Origin: Camelus ferus
Taxonomy: Eukaryota
Assembly: GCF_009834535.1 (NCBI RefSeq)
Contig: NC_045697.1
Coordinates: 48,052,001 to 48,116,000, forward strand
DNA length: 64,000 nucleotides
Direction: 5' to 3'
The notes beneath the pieces were generated by a model that saw only the letters and a program-made list of their open reading frames with translations, ran no database searches and was not told where the DNA came from. How positions within the stretch are numbered: the stretch's first letter is position 1; each line of letters starts with the position of its first letter. Positions 51,201-63,393 of the stretch are shown here, piece by piece. The position numbers were made by a program, and so were the translations under genes.

Positions 51201-53751
51201 TTTCAGGGTGGCAGTGCTGAAGAATTGGTAGTAGGGAAAAAGAGTTCCATGAACTGGTGGAAGCAATAAAAATGGTTTAAGTCACCTGTCAGCCGTGGGT
51301 TTGTGCTGGTTAACACGCTGCACCTACAGCAGAGCTATCACCTTGCGTTGCTTTGTTACTACTAGGAACACGTAGAAATGCTTTTTAAACATTAGCAGTT
51401 CTCTTTTTATATTTTTAAGAATATGTGTGCAGGAAAAAAATGGATGAAAATACATCAAAATGGTTACTAGTTTTTAATTCATTTTTACATCCTATTTCTT
51501 TTCCACTTAACATTATAACTTAAGCATTTCTCCAGGTTAATAAATATACTTTGAAACCACAGAATATTATAAAGTCATTCAAAATGTTTTGGTTATACTA
51601 GCCTAGGGCTGAATTTTGTATTTAATGACTATATAAATTGCTTCTAATATTTTGCTGAAATATTATGTATTGTAATACAGAGTATTATGTATTATATTAT
51701 ATAATTATATAATATAACAGAGTATACAAATATTATTTGTTCAGTGATATATCACTGAAACCAACATAAATGTACTAGAATTTTACCTTTTCAATATCAA
51801 AACTTACTTTGCCAACACTTAGAATGAGTGAAAAATTGCCAATGAGCGTTAAGATATTATGTGGCTCAGGCCTCGCCCCAGATGAGACCTGGGTTTCTAA
51901 TTTGCCTCCACCATCACAGGGAGCCGGGGGTTAAACGCCTAGCAGATGGTGCTGCCGCTCTTGATGCTGCTGACTGAGCGTCTCAGGAATTTAAAGACTT
52001 ACTTAAACAGGGTTAATACATGGAAGACAGCTGGTCTGCGACAGAATGAGAGGTCAGGAGGTCGGTCACATTTCCCTGAACACGGAGGACACACCAGGCA
52101 GGATCAGGGAAAACCTTTTAGGGAGAGGAAAAAAGCAGAAGTGTTCTATTTAAGGGAGCAACTGAATGAGAGGGTAGATGATGCTATGGTAGAGCAGAGC
52201 ACCACCAAATATGGAGGGAGGGGGACGGGGAAGTGAAGGAGGACAGAGACAGACATGGTGGAACGCTGCCCCACAGCCTCCACGCTTGAGATGAGGGGAG
52301 AGACCATCCCTCCAGCCCATTTTCCAAGTCCAAAGTTTATGGTTCTGTATTTTCACCAGTATGTGGATGTGAGTTAGGAGAGCTTTGATCTTGCCAGGCT
52401 ATTAGAAATTTAATGTGTCTAATTCTCTCTGTAAGAGGACATAGTGGGATGTTATCAAGTTGGAAGAAGCTATTGATGTCTTGCAATTAAAATCTCATCA
52501 AAGACAGTGGGTGACAGCTCTTGCAGTCCAAATTCTGCAAATATCTTGAGGGTCTATTCTTTGTGGAAGCACTGTGATAGATATTATAGGGGTTTAAAAT
52601 GAGAAAAAAATAAGATGGTCTCGGCTTTTGGGTAGCTTACTATGTAATACAAGGGTGGTGGATGGAGGAATTAGGCAGATGTGCTGGTGACTATAATACT
52701 AAGGTGACTAAGAAAACTGGTGCAAAGAAGTGGTAGGTAGTTCAGAAGCAGGAGAGATAAGGATCAGCGAGGAAGACTGAATTTTTGTGAAGGATGTGGG
52801 AAAACATTAACAAAGATGTAGATGTAGGAGGCTATTATAAATGAAGGAATCACAAAGAAAGGCATCAGGGACTGTTTCCACCCAACGCCACCTCCCGCCC
52901 CCACCACACCTCCTGCCCCCACCACACATGGGGACATATACTTCGTCTTAAAGTGCTCTGAGGTCTCTTTATGTAATAAATCAATCGATCCTCAACTTCC
53001 GCTTCTGGCATTAAACAGTGTTTCAAAATATATTTTGAATATCTGAAGACTCAGTTTATATATGGTCTATAGATTGATACAGGGAAAGACCACGGGCTTT
53101 AATGCTAGACAGAGTTGTGTTCAAATTTCAATTCACTTCCTAGTTCTGTGACCTTGAATAAGTTACTCAATCTCACTGAGCAGTGTTATGATCTATAAAA
53201 ATGAAGAACATAAGCGTGGACTTTACCAAGTTGTCCTAATAATTAAACAGGAAAAGGTGTTAATCCATTTGCTTGCTAAGGGCTAGTATTCTGCTTTCTC
53301 TGCATTCTCTTCTGTAAGTGACCAAGTCTGTCTGTGCTCCCTGCCTCCTTGTTCACACTAGAGGGCGACATCATCCCATTCTTATCTCAAAGGATTCCAG
53401 GAGTGAGAGTCTTCTTTGCAGACAGGATTTTTCTAAATGCCTGAGCAAGGGAGGAAGCAGAAACTCTGTGCTCCAGGAAATGAATACGGCAGTAAGAGAT
53501 AAACTGTGGAAGGACTTTGGAGCAGCTGCAGTGTCCTGTGTGGGCAACAGCTGTGTATGAAGACATCACCAGAAGGCATCGTTCCAGCATCTATTTCTGC
53601 CAGCTGGGTTGGGAGGACCTCTGGTGCTACTGGAGCAACAGACCTTTAGACTGGGCATCTAAGTGACCTGCTTGGTTACTACTAGAAAACCACTGGGCTT
53701 GTCTGGTATCTCTAAAAAGCTGCTGGAATTTGTTTGCTGGAGAGTCAGAAC

Positions 53752-54257
53752 TACGGTGACCATGTGTTCTAGTTTGCCTGGGACAGTCCTGGTTTATGCC
53801 TGGGATAATTTTTTTAAATTGAAGTATAGTTGATTTACAATGTTGTGTTAGTTTCTGGTGTATAGCATAGTCATTCATTTATACGTATATATTCTTTTTC
53901 ATTATACGCCATTACAGGGAGTTGAATATGGTTCCCTGTGCTATACAGTAGGACATTGTTGTTCATCTATTTTATATATAGTAGTATCTACAAATCCTAA
54001 ACTCCCAATTTATCCCTTCCCACCCCCTACCCCTTCCCCCCGGTAACCATAAGTTTGTTCTCTATGTCTGTGAGTCTGTCTCTGTTTCGTAAATAAGTTC
54101 ATTTGTGTCTCTTTTTTTAAAATTCCACGTATAAGTGATGGTGTATGATATTTTTCTTTCTCTTTCTGGCTTACTTCACTTAGTATGACGATCTCATAAC
54201 AGTGCCCCTTTTACTCTCAGTGCCCTGGTTTGGAGGATAAGTTACATGGCCACCCTA
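53752..54257. mobile_element. MER94/MER81-like hAT MITE split by an L1 insertion
   Basis: Inverted termini tacggtgaccatgtg / tacatggccacccta; halves at 53752-53808 and 54196-54257. Confidence 0.7.
53809..54195 (-). mobile_element. L1 3'-end fragment nested in the hAT MITE
   Basis: aattgaagtatagttgatttacaatgttgtgttagtttctggtgtatagc...ggtaaccataagtttgttctctatgtctgtgagtctg. Confidence 0.85.
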
Positions 54258-54350
54258 CTCAGAATATCAGAAGGGGTACTTACTAACAATGTGGATCTGA
54301 CCCAGCAAGGGTCCTCGGGTCTGGTTAAGACCATGCATGGGCAGTGTGGG

Positions 54351-54617
54351 GACTCTGCCCACTCCCACAAGACACATGAAGAAGAGGAAGGTATGACCTT
54401 GAGGCTTCCAATGGACTGGCTCCGTGAAGCAGTGACCTTTGAAGATGTTACCCTGGGTTTTACCCAGAGGAGTGGGAAATGCTGGGCCTGGAACAGACTC
54501 CCTGTACAGGGAGATGATGCTGGAGAACTACAGGAACCTGGTCTCAGTGGGTGAGGATGGCCTCTGTGTCAATGAAGATCTGCACTTTGCAGGAAAAAAA
54601 AAAGGAAAAAATAAAAA
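54351..54617 (+). pseudogene. ZNF274-like KRAB-A retro-pseudogene fragment, partially spliced, two -1 frameshifts
   Basis: From ATG 54393, with two single-base gaps restored, reads [51 protein letters not shown]. This resembles the ZNF274 N-terminus as I recall it ([28 protein letters not shown]...[17 protein letters not shown]). Followed by gtgagg and an A-rich tail at 54594-54617. Confidence 0.85.
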
Positions 54618-54624
54618 TATACAT

Positions 54625-54840
54625 GGTGTTTAGAGTCAGAAAGTGACAGATGTATCTGGGTTAAAATCCCTGCTTTGTCTGTGTGTCATTGGCAAATTAT
54701 TTAACCTTTCTAAGCTTCAATTTCCTGATGTATAGATTAGAGATAAAAACAGAACATACATGCATTGTACCTTTTAATCCTCCTAATTAAAGTGCTTATG
54801 ACATGTAGCAATGCATAGTAGCTACCCTTGTTATTATTTT
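54625..54840 (+). mobile_element. MIR SINE
   Basis: ttagagtcaga...aaatccctgctttg...ggcaaattatttaacctttctaagcttcaatttcct. Confidence 0.6.
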
Positions 54841-55754
54841 TTAAATTCCCTTTAAGATTCAGGCTATCTAAATTCTCTGAATTCAAGGGGGATTTAAGCT
54901 ACACTGGCTGAAGAGGTGAAGAAATTGAGGACTAAAGTAAAATGAATTGCTCAAGGTCACAAGACAATTACTGAGTTGCTCAAGATGAGAGCCAGATAAG
55001 CACCAGTTTCTCAGAACTCCCTGTCTGGTGCACCAAGCTGGTTGCTGTTTCCGCAGAGACTGTTCAGTATTAAAGATGTGACCTACTCTCTGTGTCCTTC
55101 AGCTTTAGCAAATACTGGACACAATATTATTCTGGAGCTAAAAGGACAGTTGACATTTGACTACTCTGCTTCATTTAAAAAACTTTTATTGCAAAATGGT
55201 CAAACATATGAATAAGAATAGAGAATCTTGTAATGAACCACCAGTGTATGCGACTCTGTCAAATCTTAACATTATGCTGTACCTGCTCCAGTCCTTTTTT
55301 CAAGACATTAAATGCCATAAACATAACTAAGACCTCTGTGCACTTCTCCTTTATCAAGCCTCTTCTCTTTTTTATTACACAGTGTTATTTAACAGATTTT
55401 AAACCTTAAGTGGTATTATATATATATCTCTGCAAACTTTTTTGTTTTGCTTAATATGTTTTCGGGATTTATCTATGTTCATAAATACTATATAGCATGC
55501 CATTATATGAGTATTCTACAATTCATTATCCATTTTCCTCTTTACAGTCGTTTTGGCTGGTTCCCAATTTTCACCTACATGAGACCTTCTGTAGGTGTTA
55601 TAGACAGAAGTGGACTTGCATGGTCTTAGGGTATGAGTATCTTAGGCTTTACTCAATGTTGCCAAATTTGCCCTTTATTACCAAAAGTTTTCCAAAGTGA
55701 TTGTTTCAATTTCCATTGTATGAAAGAAATTTTTCCCTGGTGAAAATATATTTA

Positions 55755-56123
55755 CAGGCATACCTCAGAGGTAATTCAAGTTTGGTTCCAGACCACCACA
55801 ATAAAGTAAATATCACAATAATGCAAGGCACACAAATTTGTTGGTTTCCCAGTACATATAAAAAGTAACTTTTATACTATACCGTAGTGCAATAAGTGTG
55901 CAATAGCATTATGTCTAAAAAAACAATATACACACCTTAATTTAAAAATACTTTATTTCTAAAAAGTGCTAACCATCATCTGACAATGCAGGGTTGCCAC
56001 TAACCCTCAACTTGTAAACAAAAACAAAAGCAAAACCCCCAAACCAAAAAGCCATTAAAAAAAAAAAAATGCAATACCTGCAAAGTGCAGTAAAGCAAAG
56101 CACAATAAAATGTGATGTGCATG
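55755..56123 (+). mobile_element. Internally deleted Tigger1 derivative (Tigger1a-type)
   Basis: TA|CAGGCATACCTCAGAG...ggttccagaccaccacaataaag left end joined to aatgcagggttgccac...gcacaataaaatgtgatgtgcatg|TA right end. Confidence 0.8.
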
Positions 56124-56944
56124 TATTTATTTATTTTAAAATCATAGTTATCCCAGCAACCAAGGAACAGAACAATTATGCTAGTTGTAAAGCAAATGTA
56201 TTTCTAAGAGGTGGGGGAATGAATATTTATTGGTTGTCTACTGTGGGTCAGGCCCTATGCCAGGTGAATTATATTTGTTCCTTCAAATGCTTTTCAGTTA
56301 ATTCCATTCGTATTGGTCACCAAGTCCTCTTAATTCTCCCTTAAAAACATCTCTTAAATTCATCCCTTCCACAGTTTCTTTAAGATGGTTTTGCAGAAGT
56401 GCAGAGGATACCAGCTGAACTGTATACCAACTTTGCCCTGGCCAGTCCATCCTTTTCAGTTGTCAGAATTCTGTTTCTAAAACCACAAACGGGATCTTGT
56501 CACTCACCTCTGTGGAAACCTTTTAGAGAGTTTTCCATTCTCTAGAGGATAAACTTCCAACTTTTGAATGAGGTCCGATTTTTCAGGCCTTGCATCACAT
56601 TGGACCTTTCCGACCTCACCGCCTTCCTACCCACTCAGCCTTAATTCTCCAGCCACCCTAGATGGACTACTGCCCCAAATAAGCCAGGCACTTTCCCAAC
56701 TGGGGAGGAGCATGTGCAAAGCCATGGAAGCTTCAGTGTTTTTTCCACCACCCTCATTTCAGGCAGAGTCACCACAAAACACAGCCTTGAGTGACTCATT
56801 CCCTGGAGTAGGTTGGGGAGGAGTGTTGAGTATGGCTTGCTTCAGAAAGGAAGGATTAGTTGAATGACTCAGCTCTGTGTCATGGGCAGGGAGACCATGT
56901 AACATAACTCAACCTATATATAACATATAACTTAACTGGGACAC

Positions 56945-57110
56945 TTTTTTTAAAATTGCGATAAAAAAACATAAAATTTACTCTTAACCATTTTAAAATG
57001 TACATTGCAATAGTATTAACTCTACACAAAACTGAAACTCTATACCCACTGAACACAAACTCCCCTTTTCCCCTTCTCCCCAGTCCCTGGCCACCACCAT
57101 TCTATTTTCT
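56945..57110 (-). mobile_element. L1MB-like 3'-end fragment
   Basis: aaaactgaaactctatacccactgaa...ccctggccaccaccattcta; similar to 42700-42790. Confidence 0.65.
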
Positions 57111-57136
57111 ATATATATATATAGAATATATATGTA

Positions 57137-59130
57137 GAGAAGTATAGTCAGTTTACAATGTTTTGTCAATTTCTGGTGTACAGCACAATACTTCAGTCAT
57201 ATAGGAACATACATATATTTGTTTCATATTCTTTTTCACCATAGGTTACTACAAGATATTGAATATAGTTCCCTGTGCTATACAGTATAAACTTATTGTT
57301 TATCTATTTTATGTACATTAGTTAGTATCTGCAAGAACTCCCAATTTGTTGCTTCCCATCCCCTTCCCTCCCAGTAACCATAAGTTTGTTTTCTATGTCT
57401 GTGAGCCTATTTCTGTTTTGTAAATAAGTTTGTTTGTCTTTTTTTTTTTTTTTTTTTAGTTTCCACATATAAGTGATATCATACGATATTTTTCTTTCTC
57501 TTTCTGGCTTACTTCACTTAGAATGACAATCTCCAGGTCCATCCATGTTGCTGCAAATGGCATTATTTTATTCTTTTTATGGCTGAGTAGTATTCCATTG
57601 TATAAATATGCCACAACTTCTTTATCCAGTCACCTGTCGGTGAACATTTAGGTTGTTTCCATGTCTTGGCTATTGTAAATAGTGCTGCTATGATCATTGG
57701 GGTGCAGGTGTCTTTTTGAATTAAGGTTCCCTCTGGATATATATCCAGGAGTGGGATTGTTGGGTCATATGGTAAATCTATTTTTAGTTTTTTGAGGAAT
57801 CTCCACACTGTTCTCCATAGTGGCTGCACCAAACTCCATTCCCACCAACAGGGTAGGAGGATTCCCTTTTCTCCACACCCTCTCCAGCATTTATCATTCG
57901 TGCACATCTTTTAAATCAGGTTGTCTGTTTTTGTTTGTTTGTTTTTTGTTTTTGGTATTGAGTTGTATGAGCTGCTTATATATTTTGAATATTAATCCCT
58001 TATCAGCCATATCATTAGCAAGTATTTTCTCCCATTCAGTAGGTTGTCTTTTTGTTTTGTTGATGGTTTCCTTTGTTGTGCCAAAGCCTTGAAGTTTAGT
58101 TAAGTCCCCATTTATTTATTATTGCTTTTGTTTCCTTTGCTTTAGGAGACAGGTCCAAAAAAGTATTGCTGTGATTTATGTCAAAGAGTGTTCTGCCTAT
58201 GTTTTCTTTTAGGATTTTTGTAGTTTCTGGCCATACATTTGGGCTTTAATTTATTTTGATTTTATTTTTGTATAAGGTGTGAGAAAATGTTCTAATTTTA
58301 TTCTTTGGCATGTAGCTCTCTAGTTTTCCCAGCACCACTTATTGAAGAGACTGTCTTTTCTCCACTGTATATTCTTGACTCCTTTGTCATAGGTTAGTTA
58401 GTTGGCCATAGGTGCATGAGTTTATATCTGGGCTCTCTGTTCTTTTCCATTGATCTATGTGTCTGTCTTTGTGCTAGTACCATACTGCTTTGATTACTGA
58501 AGCGTCATAGTATAGTTTGAGTAAGGGAGCTTGATACCTTCAGCTATGTTCTTTTTTTTGCCAAGGTTGCTTTGGCAATTCAGGATCTTTTGTAATTTCA
58601 TATAAATTTCAGGATTATTTGTTCTAGTTCTATGAAAAATGTCATGGGTATTTTGATAGTGATTGCATTAAATCTGTAGATTGCTTTGGGTAGTAAACAT
58701 TTCAACAATATTAATTCTTCCAATCCATGAACATGGGATATCTTTTCATTTATTTGTATCATCTTCAATTTCCTTCAGCAACGTCTTATAGTTTTCAGAG
58801 TATAGGTCTTTCACTTCCTTGGTTAAGTTTATTCCTAGGTATTTTATTCTCCTTGATTCAAATGGAAATGGGATTGTTTTCTTGTATTCTCTCTCTGATA
58901 GCTCATTATTAGCATATAGAAAAGCAACAGATTTGTGTATATTAATCTTGTATCCTGTGACTTAACTGAATTTATTTATTAGTTCTAAAAGTTTCTGGTG
59001 ACATTTTAGGGTTTTTTTATATATACTATCCTATCATCTGCAAACAGTGACAGTTTTACTTCCCTTCCAATTTAGATGCCCTTCTTTTTTTTTCCCCCTT
59101 ATCTGATTGCTGTGGCTAGGACTTCCAATA
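57137..59130 (-). mobile_element. LINE-1 3' UTR and ORF2 C-terminal region, cut by the assembly gap
   Basis: ORF 57563..57907 (-) gives the L1 ORF2 C-terminal Cys-rich region ([54 protein letters not shown]). Confidence 0.92.
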
Positions 59131-59230
59131 NNNNNNNNNNNNNNNNNNNNNNNNNNNNNNNNNNNNNNNNNNNNNNNNNNNNNNNNNNNNNNNNNNNNNN
59201 NNNNNNNNNNNNNNNNNNNNNNNNNNNNNN
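59131..59230. other. Assembly gap (100 N)
   Basis: Exactly 100 N, the convention for a gap of unknown size. Confidence 0.99.
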
Positions 59231-60077
59231 TGCTGCTGAGTTTGTGGGCATCTCTAAGCCACAGGTACGCTTGGGCTCATGCTGAGCCTATCATGTAAAC
59301 CCTTCTGCCACCCCTGGAAGTTGGCTTGCTGGTGTTGTTGCAGTGCCTTTGACATCAACTGCCTTCGACATCAACTGCCTTCTGTTACACCCCAACTCCA
59401 GGTTGTGTTGGGTCAGTGCCCTTCACTGAGTCCAGGCGAACTTCTGACTCCCACCCCTACCCTATTCCCAAAATAGCATGGCCTCAGGCTTCTAACATTG
59501 CACACAGAGACGTGTGCCAGACAGCTCTCGAGTGTTGACATAAGTCCAAGGGGTCTGGGTCAGAGAACAAACTCAAGTCCTCAGACATGAATTCCCCTTC
59601 ATGCCGAAGACTGATATATTGTTCTTGAACAAACTGAGTGTCTTTATCCTCTGCTGCCTTAATATGGGTTCTTTCCTAGAAGCTCCTTCTTTAGTAGATA
59701 GTCAACATATAACTGAACAAGCCCGAATATGAGTTTAGGCTCAGCTAGGACCACCGCATCCTTCATCTCCACCCTACCCAATAAATACACATATTCTGAT
59801 ATGTTGATAGTTTTATGGAAAACATTTTAAAGAGAATTCTGGATCACAATTTCATCCATTCTGTCAGTTTTACTGGGAAAGCCCTGCCTTTTATTCTCAT
59901 ATACCTTTCTAATCATATTTTTGTTTTCAGCTTTTTTTCAATTAACAATATAATACTCCTTATGTTAATAGTTGTGTAACAATTCTTTTCAGTGGCTACA
60001 TAATACTTTATCAAATAGTTGTAGCATACTGTACCTACAATGCCCCATTATTGAACATTTATATTACTCTGTTGAGT

Positions 60078-60440
60078 GGTGTTAGGATAAGCTAGGTTAT
60101 GCTATAGCAACGAACAACTGCAAAATACAAGTTGTTTTTTTTTTTTTTGAGATGAAGGTTTATTTCTTGCTAATGCAAAGTCATCTGTAGATCTAGATGG
60201 CTCTTTGAGGCAACTGTCCTCCCTGCAATGGCTCAGCTATTGATCCTCTGGTGTTCCTCTCTGAATAAGAAGCTTCTGCATTCACAGAGGTAGGGGAAGA
60301 TCACTAGAGAGTTCATGTGGGCTTTCTCTGCCATAGCCCAGAAGTAATACACATTCACTTCCTTCACAGCCCATTGTTCAGAACTAGTCACCTGCCCCTC
60401 CCTGACTGCACGGGAACTGAGCACACATGGAGTCAGTAGA
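60078..60440 (-). mobile_element. Old MaLR LTR (MLT1J/K-like)
   Basis: gttaggataagctaggttatgctatagcaac...aaggtttatttcttgct...cccattgttcagaactagtcac. Confidence 0.6.
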
Positions 60441-60449
60441 CCAGGGGTC

Positions 60450-61780
60450 TGGCTGAATGGACACAAAAACAAGACCCATATATTTTCTGCCTACAAGAGA
60501 CTCACTTCGGATCTACAGACACATAACAGCCTGAAAGTGAGGGGACAGAAAAATAGATTCCATGCAAATGGAAATTAAAAGAAAGCTAGAGTAGCAATAC
60601 TTATATCAGACAAAATAGACTTTAAAGTAAAGACTGTCACAAGAGACAAAGAAGGACACTACGTAATGCTCAAGGGGTCAATCCAAGAAGAGGATGTAAC
60701 AATTGTAAATATATATGCACCCAAAATAGGAGCACCTCAATATATAAGGCAAATGTTAACAGATATAAAGGGAGAAATTGATAATAACATAATAATAGTG
60801 GGGGATCTTAACACTCCACTTACATCAATGGACAGATCACACAGACAGAAAATCAATATGGAAATACGGGCCTTAAACGACGCATTAGGTCAGATAGACT
60901 TAACTGATATTTGTAGAGCATTCCATTTGAAAGCAGCAGTAACATATTCTTTTCAAGTGCACATGGAACATTCCCCAGGACACATCACATGCTGGACCAA
61001 AAGTAAGCCTTGGTAAATTTAAGAAAACTGAAATCATATCAAGCATCTTTTCCAACCACAACACTATGAGATTAGAAATCAACTACAAGAAAAAAAAAGC
61101 AAAAAACACAAACACGTGGAAGCTCAACAATATGCTTTAAACAATCAATGGATCACTGAAGACATCAAGAAGAAATAAAAAAAAATACCTAGAGACAAAT
61201 CAAAATGAAAACACAACGATTCTAGCCAGAAAGAGAAAGGAAAATACCATGTGAGATCGCTCATACGCGGAATCTAAAACAAAAACCAAAAACCAAAAAA
61301 ACGTAAATACAAAACAGAAACAGACTCATAGACATAGAATACAAACTTGTGGTTACCAGGGGGATGGGGGGTGGGAAGGGACAGACTGGGATTTCAAAAA
61401 GTAGAATAGATAAACAAGATTGTACTATGTAGCACAGGGAAATATATACAGGATCTTGTGGTGGCTCACAGCGAAAGAGAATGTGACAATGAATGTATGT
61501 ATGTTCATGTATAACTGAAAAATAGTGCTGTATACTGGAATTTGACACAACATTGTAAAATGACTATGACTCAAAAAAAAATGTTTAAAAAAAAAAAAGA
61601 AAACACAACGATCCAAAAACCTACGGGATACAGCAAAAGTACTTTTAAGAGGGAAGTTTATAGCAATACAAGCTTAAACTCAGGAATCAAGAAAAACTTC
61701 AAATAAACAATCTAACCTCACACAAAGCAACTAGAGAAACAAGAACATACAAAATCTAAAGTTAGTAGAAGGAAAGGCTG
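60450..61780 (+). mobile_element. LINE-1 ORF2 endonuclease-domain fragment (disrupted)
   Basis: CLQETH, ILISDKIDFK and ORF 60666..61016 (KGSIQEEDVTIVNIYAP..GAPQYI..IIVGDLNTPLTSMDRS). Confidence 0.92.
61221..61598 (+). mobile_element. Young camelid-type L1 3' end nested in the older L1 ORF2
   Basis: Perfect 14-bp TSD GAAAACACAACGAT at 61207-61220 and 61599-61612; A-tail; homologous to 1717-1962. Confidence 0.9.
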
Positions 61781-62074
61781 AACAATATTTATAATGAAAA
61801 TTGTGAAACACATGAAAACATGAAAGAATTTTACAGTGAACATTTATTTGTATGCTCACCCCCTCGATACTACTAAATATTTTACTAGCTTCACCACATA
61901 TCTACCATCTACCAATACTCAAAACAAACAAAAATTGAATGTAAACAGAAAGCAAATGTAAATAAACTTTGAACTCTACTTAATTTTATTCAAGCTGAAG
62001 TATTTAGTAGGAAGTGTACTAATGTCTTTAAATTACTTTGAAATCCCTCCAAAAAAATAAAAAGACCCTTCATG

Positions 62075-62585
62075 AAAAAGACGTACAAAGACCATTAGTC
62101 ATGTAAAAAAAAAGAGCTCAATATAATTTGTCATCAGTGAAATGCAAGTTAGAACCACATTGGGATACCATTTTATACTCCCTAGAATGCTAAATTAAGA
62201 CTGACAAAGCCAAGTGCTGGTGAGGATGTGAAGCAACGGAAACTCTTCAACACTGCTGGTGGAAATGTAAATGGTACAACACTGAAAAGCAATTATTTCT
62301 AAAATTAAATATACATGAACTATATGACCTAGAAATTCCACTCTTAGGTTTCTGTTAAACCAGAGGAAGTGAAAACTATGTCCACAAAAAAGATTTGCAT
62401 ATAAATGTTCATAGCAGTGTTACTCCTAATAGTTAAGAACTAGAAACACATGTCGATCTACAGGTGAAGAGACAAACAAATTGTGATTTATAATCCAATT
62501 AAATACTATTCAACATTAAAAAAGGAAATAAACTATTAATCTGTGCCAAAATATGGAAGAATCTTAAAACTATTGTGTTAGTAAT
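62075..62585 (+). mobile_element. Old L1 (L1MC/ME-like) ORF2 C-terminal fragment
   Basis: gaaatgcaagttagaaccaca...caagtgctggtgaggatgtgaagcaac...ctgctggtggaaatgtaaatggtacaac. Confidence 0.7.
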
Positions 62586-63393
62586 GTTAAATTTCCAAGG
62601 ACTTGGGGTTTTTTGACAGTATAAAATTTCCCATTTATTCACAATTTATACATGTATCAAATCATTATGTTGTACACCTGAAATTAATATAATGTTATAT
62701 GTTAATTATATATCAATAAAAATAATTAATTTTTTAAAAAAGAACAGCAGGTTTTATGCAAATTGATAACAAAAAAAATTTCTCCATTTAAGAAAGATCT
62801 AAACCTAGGTGGCTTTGTTTTATTGTCACACAGAATCCCACCCCTCAGGTCCCCTGCAAGCCCCCAGTCTTTGCTGAGCAGCAGGGAGTATGTTGGACAA
62901 TCCCTCTAGAGGACCAGTGCCAAAGTGCTGGCTCCTACTTGGCCTCACTTCTGGTTCCCAGGTTTCAGGCAAGGGGTAGGTGAACTGGAGAAGTGGCTAA
63001 AAGCTGAGTAGGAGCCTCTCGCAGCTGGGAAGTACTGCTTAGGAATCTAAGAATAAGCCAAGCAGCCCGGCGCTTCCTCCCACCTGCTGGGGCTAGAGAT
63101 GGATCAAAGGTCAAAAAAGCCTTGAATCAGGCAATCAGGCCTGGCAAAGCAGGGAACCAGCAGGGCAGAAGCCTTAGTCCTCAAACTCAGGGCAGAACAT
63201 GCTTCTAACCCTAGATCCACACTCAGGACACAGCTCCCTCTAGAGGAAGACAAGTGGAGGGACAGGCCAGAGGAACCACATGGACGCCATGCGGTTTCCC
63301 TTTCTTCTACACCTGTCCAGGCTCCAAGGCCAGGGAAGGAGGTTAAGCATTCATGGATCTCCTGCAGGTGCCAAGGGCAGTTGGTCCATTAGC

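Noticed and set aside
54246..54633. Functional KRAB zinc-finger gene (ORFs 54246..54554 and 54439..54633)
   Set aside because: The KRAB box is split over three frames by two deletions, and I see no KRAB-B or C2H2 exon downstream in the window.
60450..61080. Second EEP-family nuclease linked to CNOT6L (CLQETH/VGDLN/SNH versus SLQEVE/CADLN/SDH)
   Set aside because: This is the disrupted L1 ORF2 endonuclease. The shared motifs reflect superfamily ancestry, and co-location is expected given L1 abundance.
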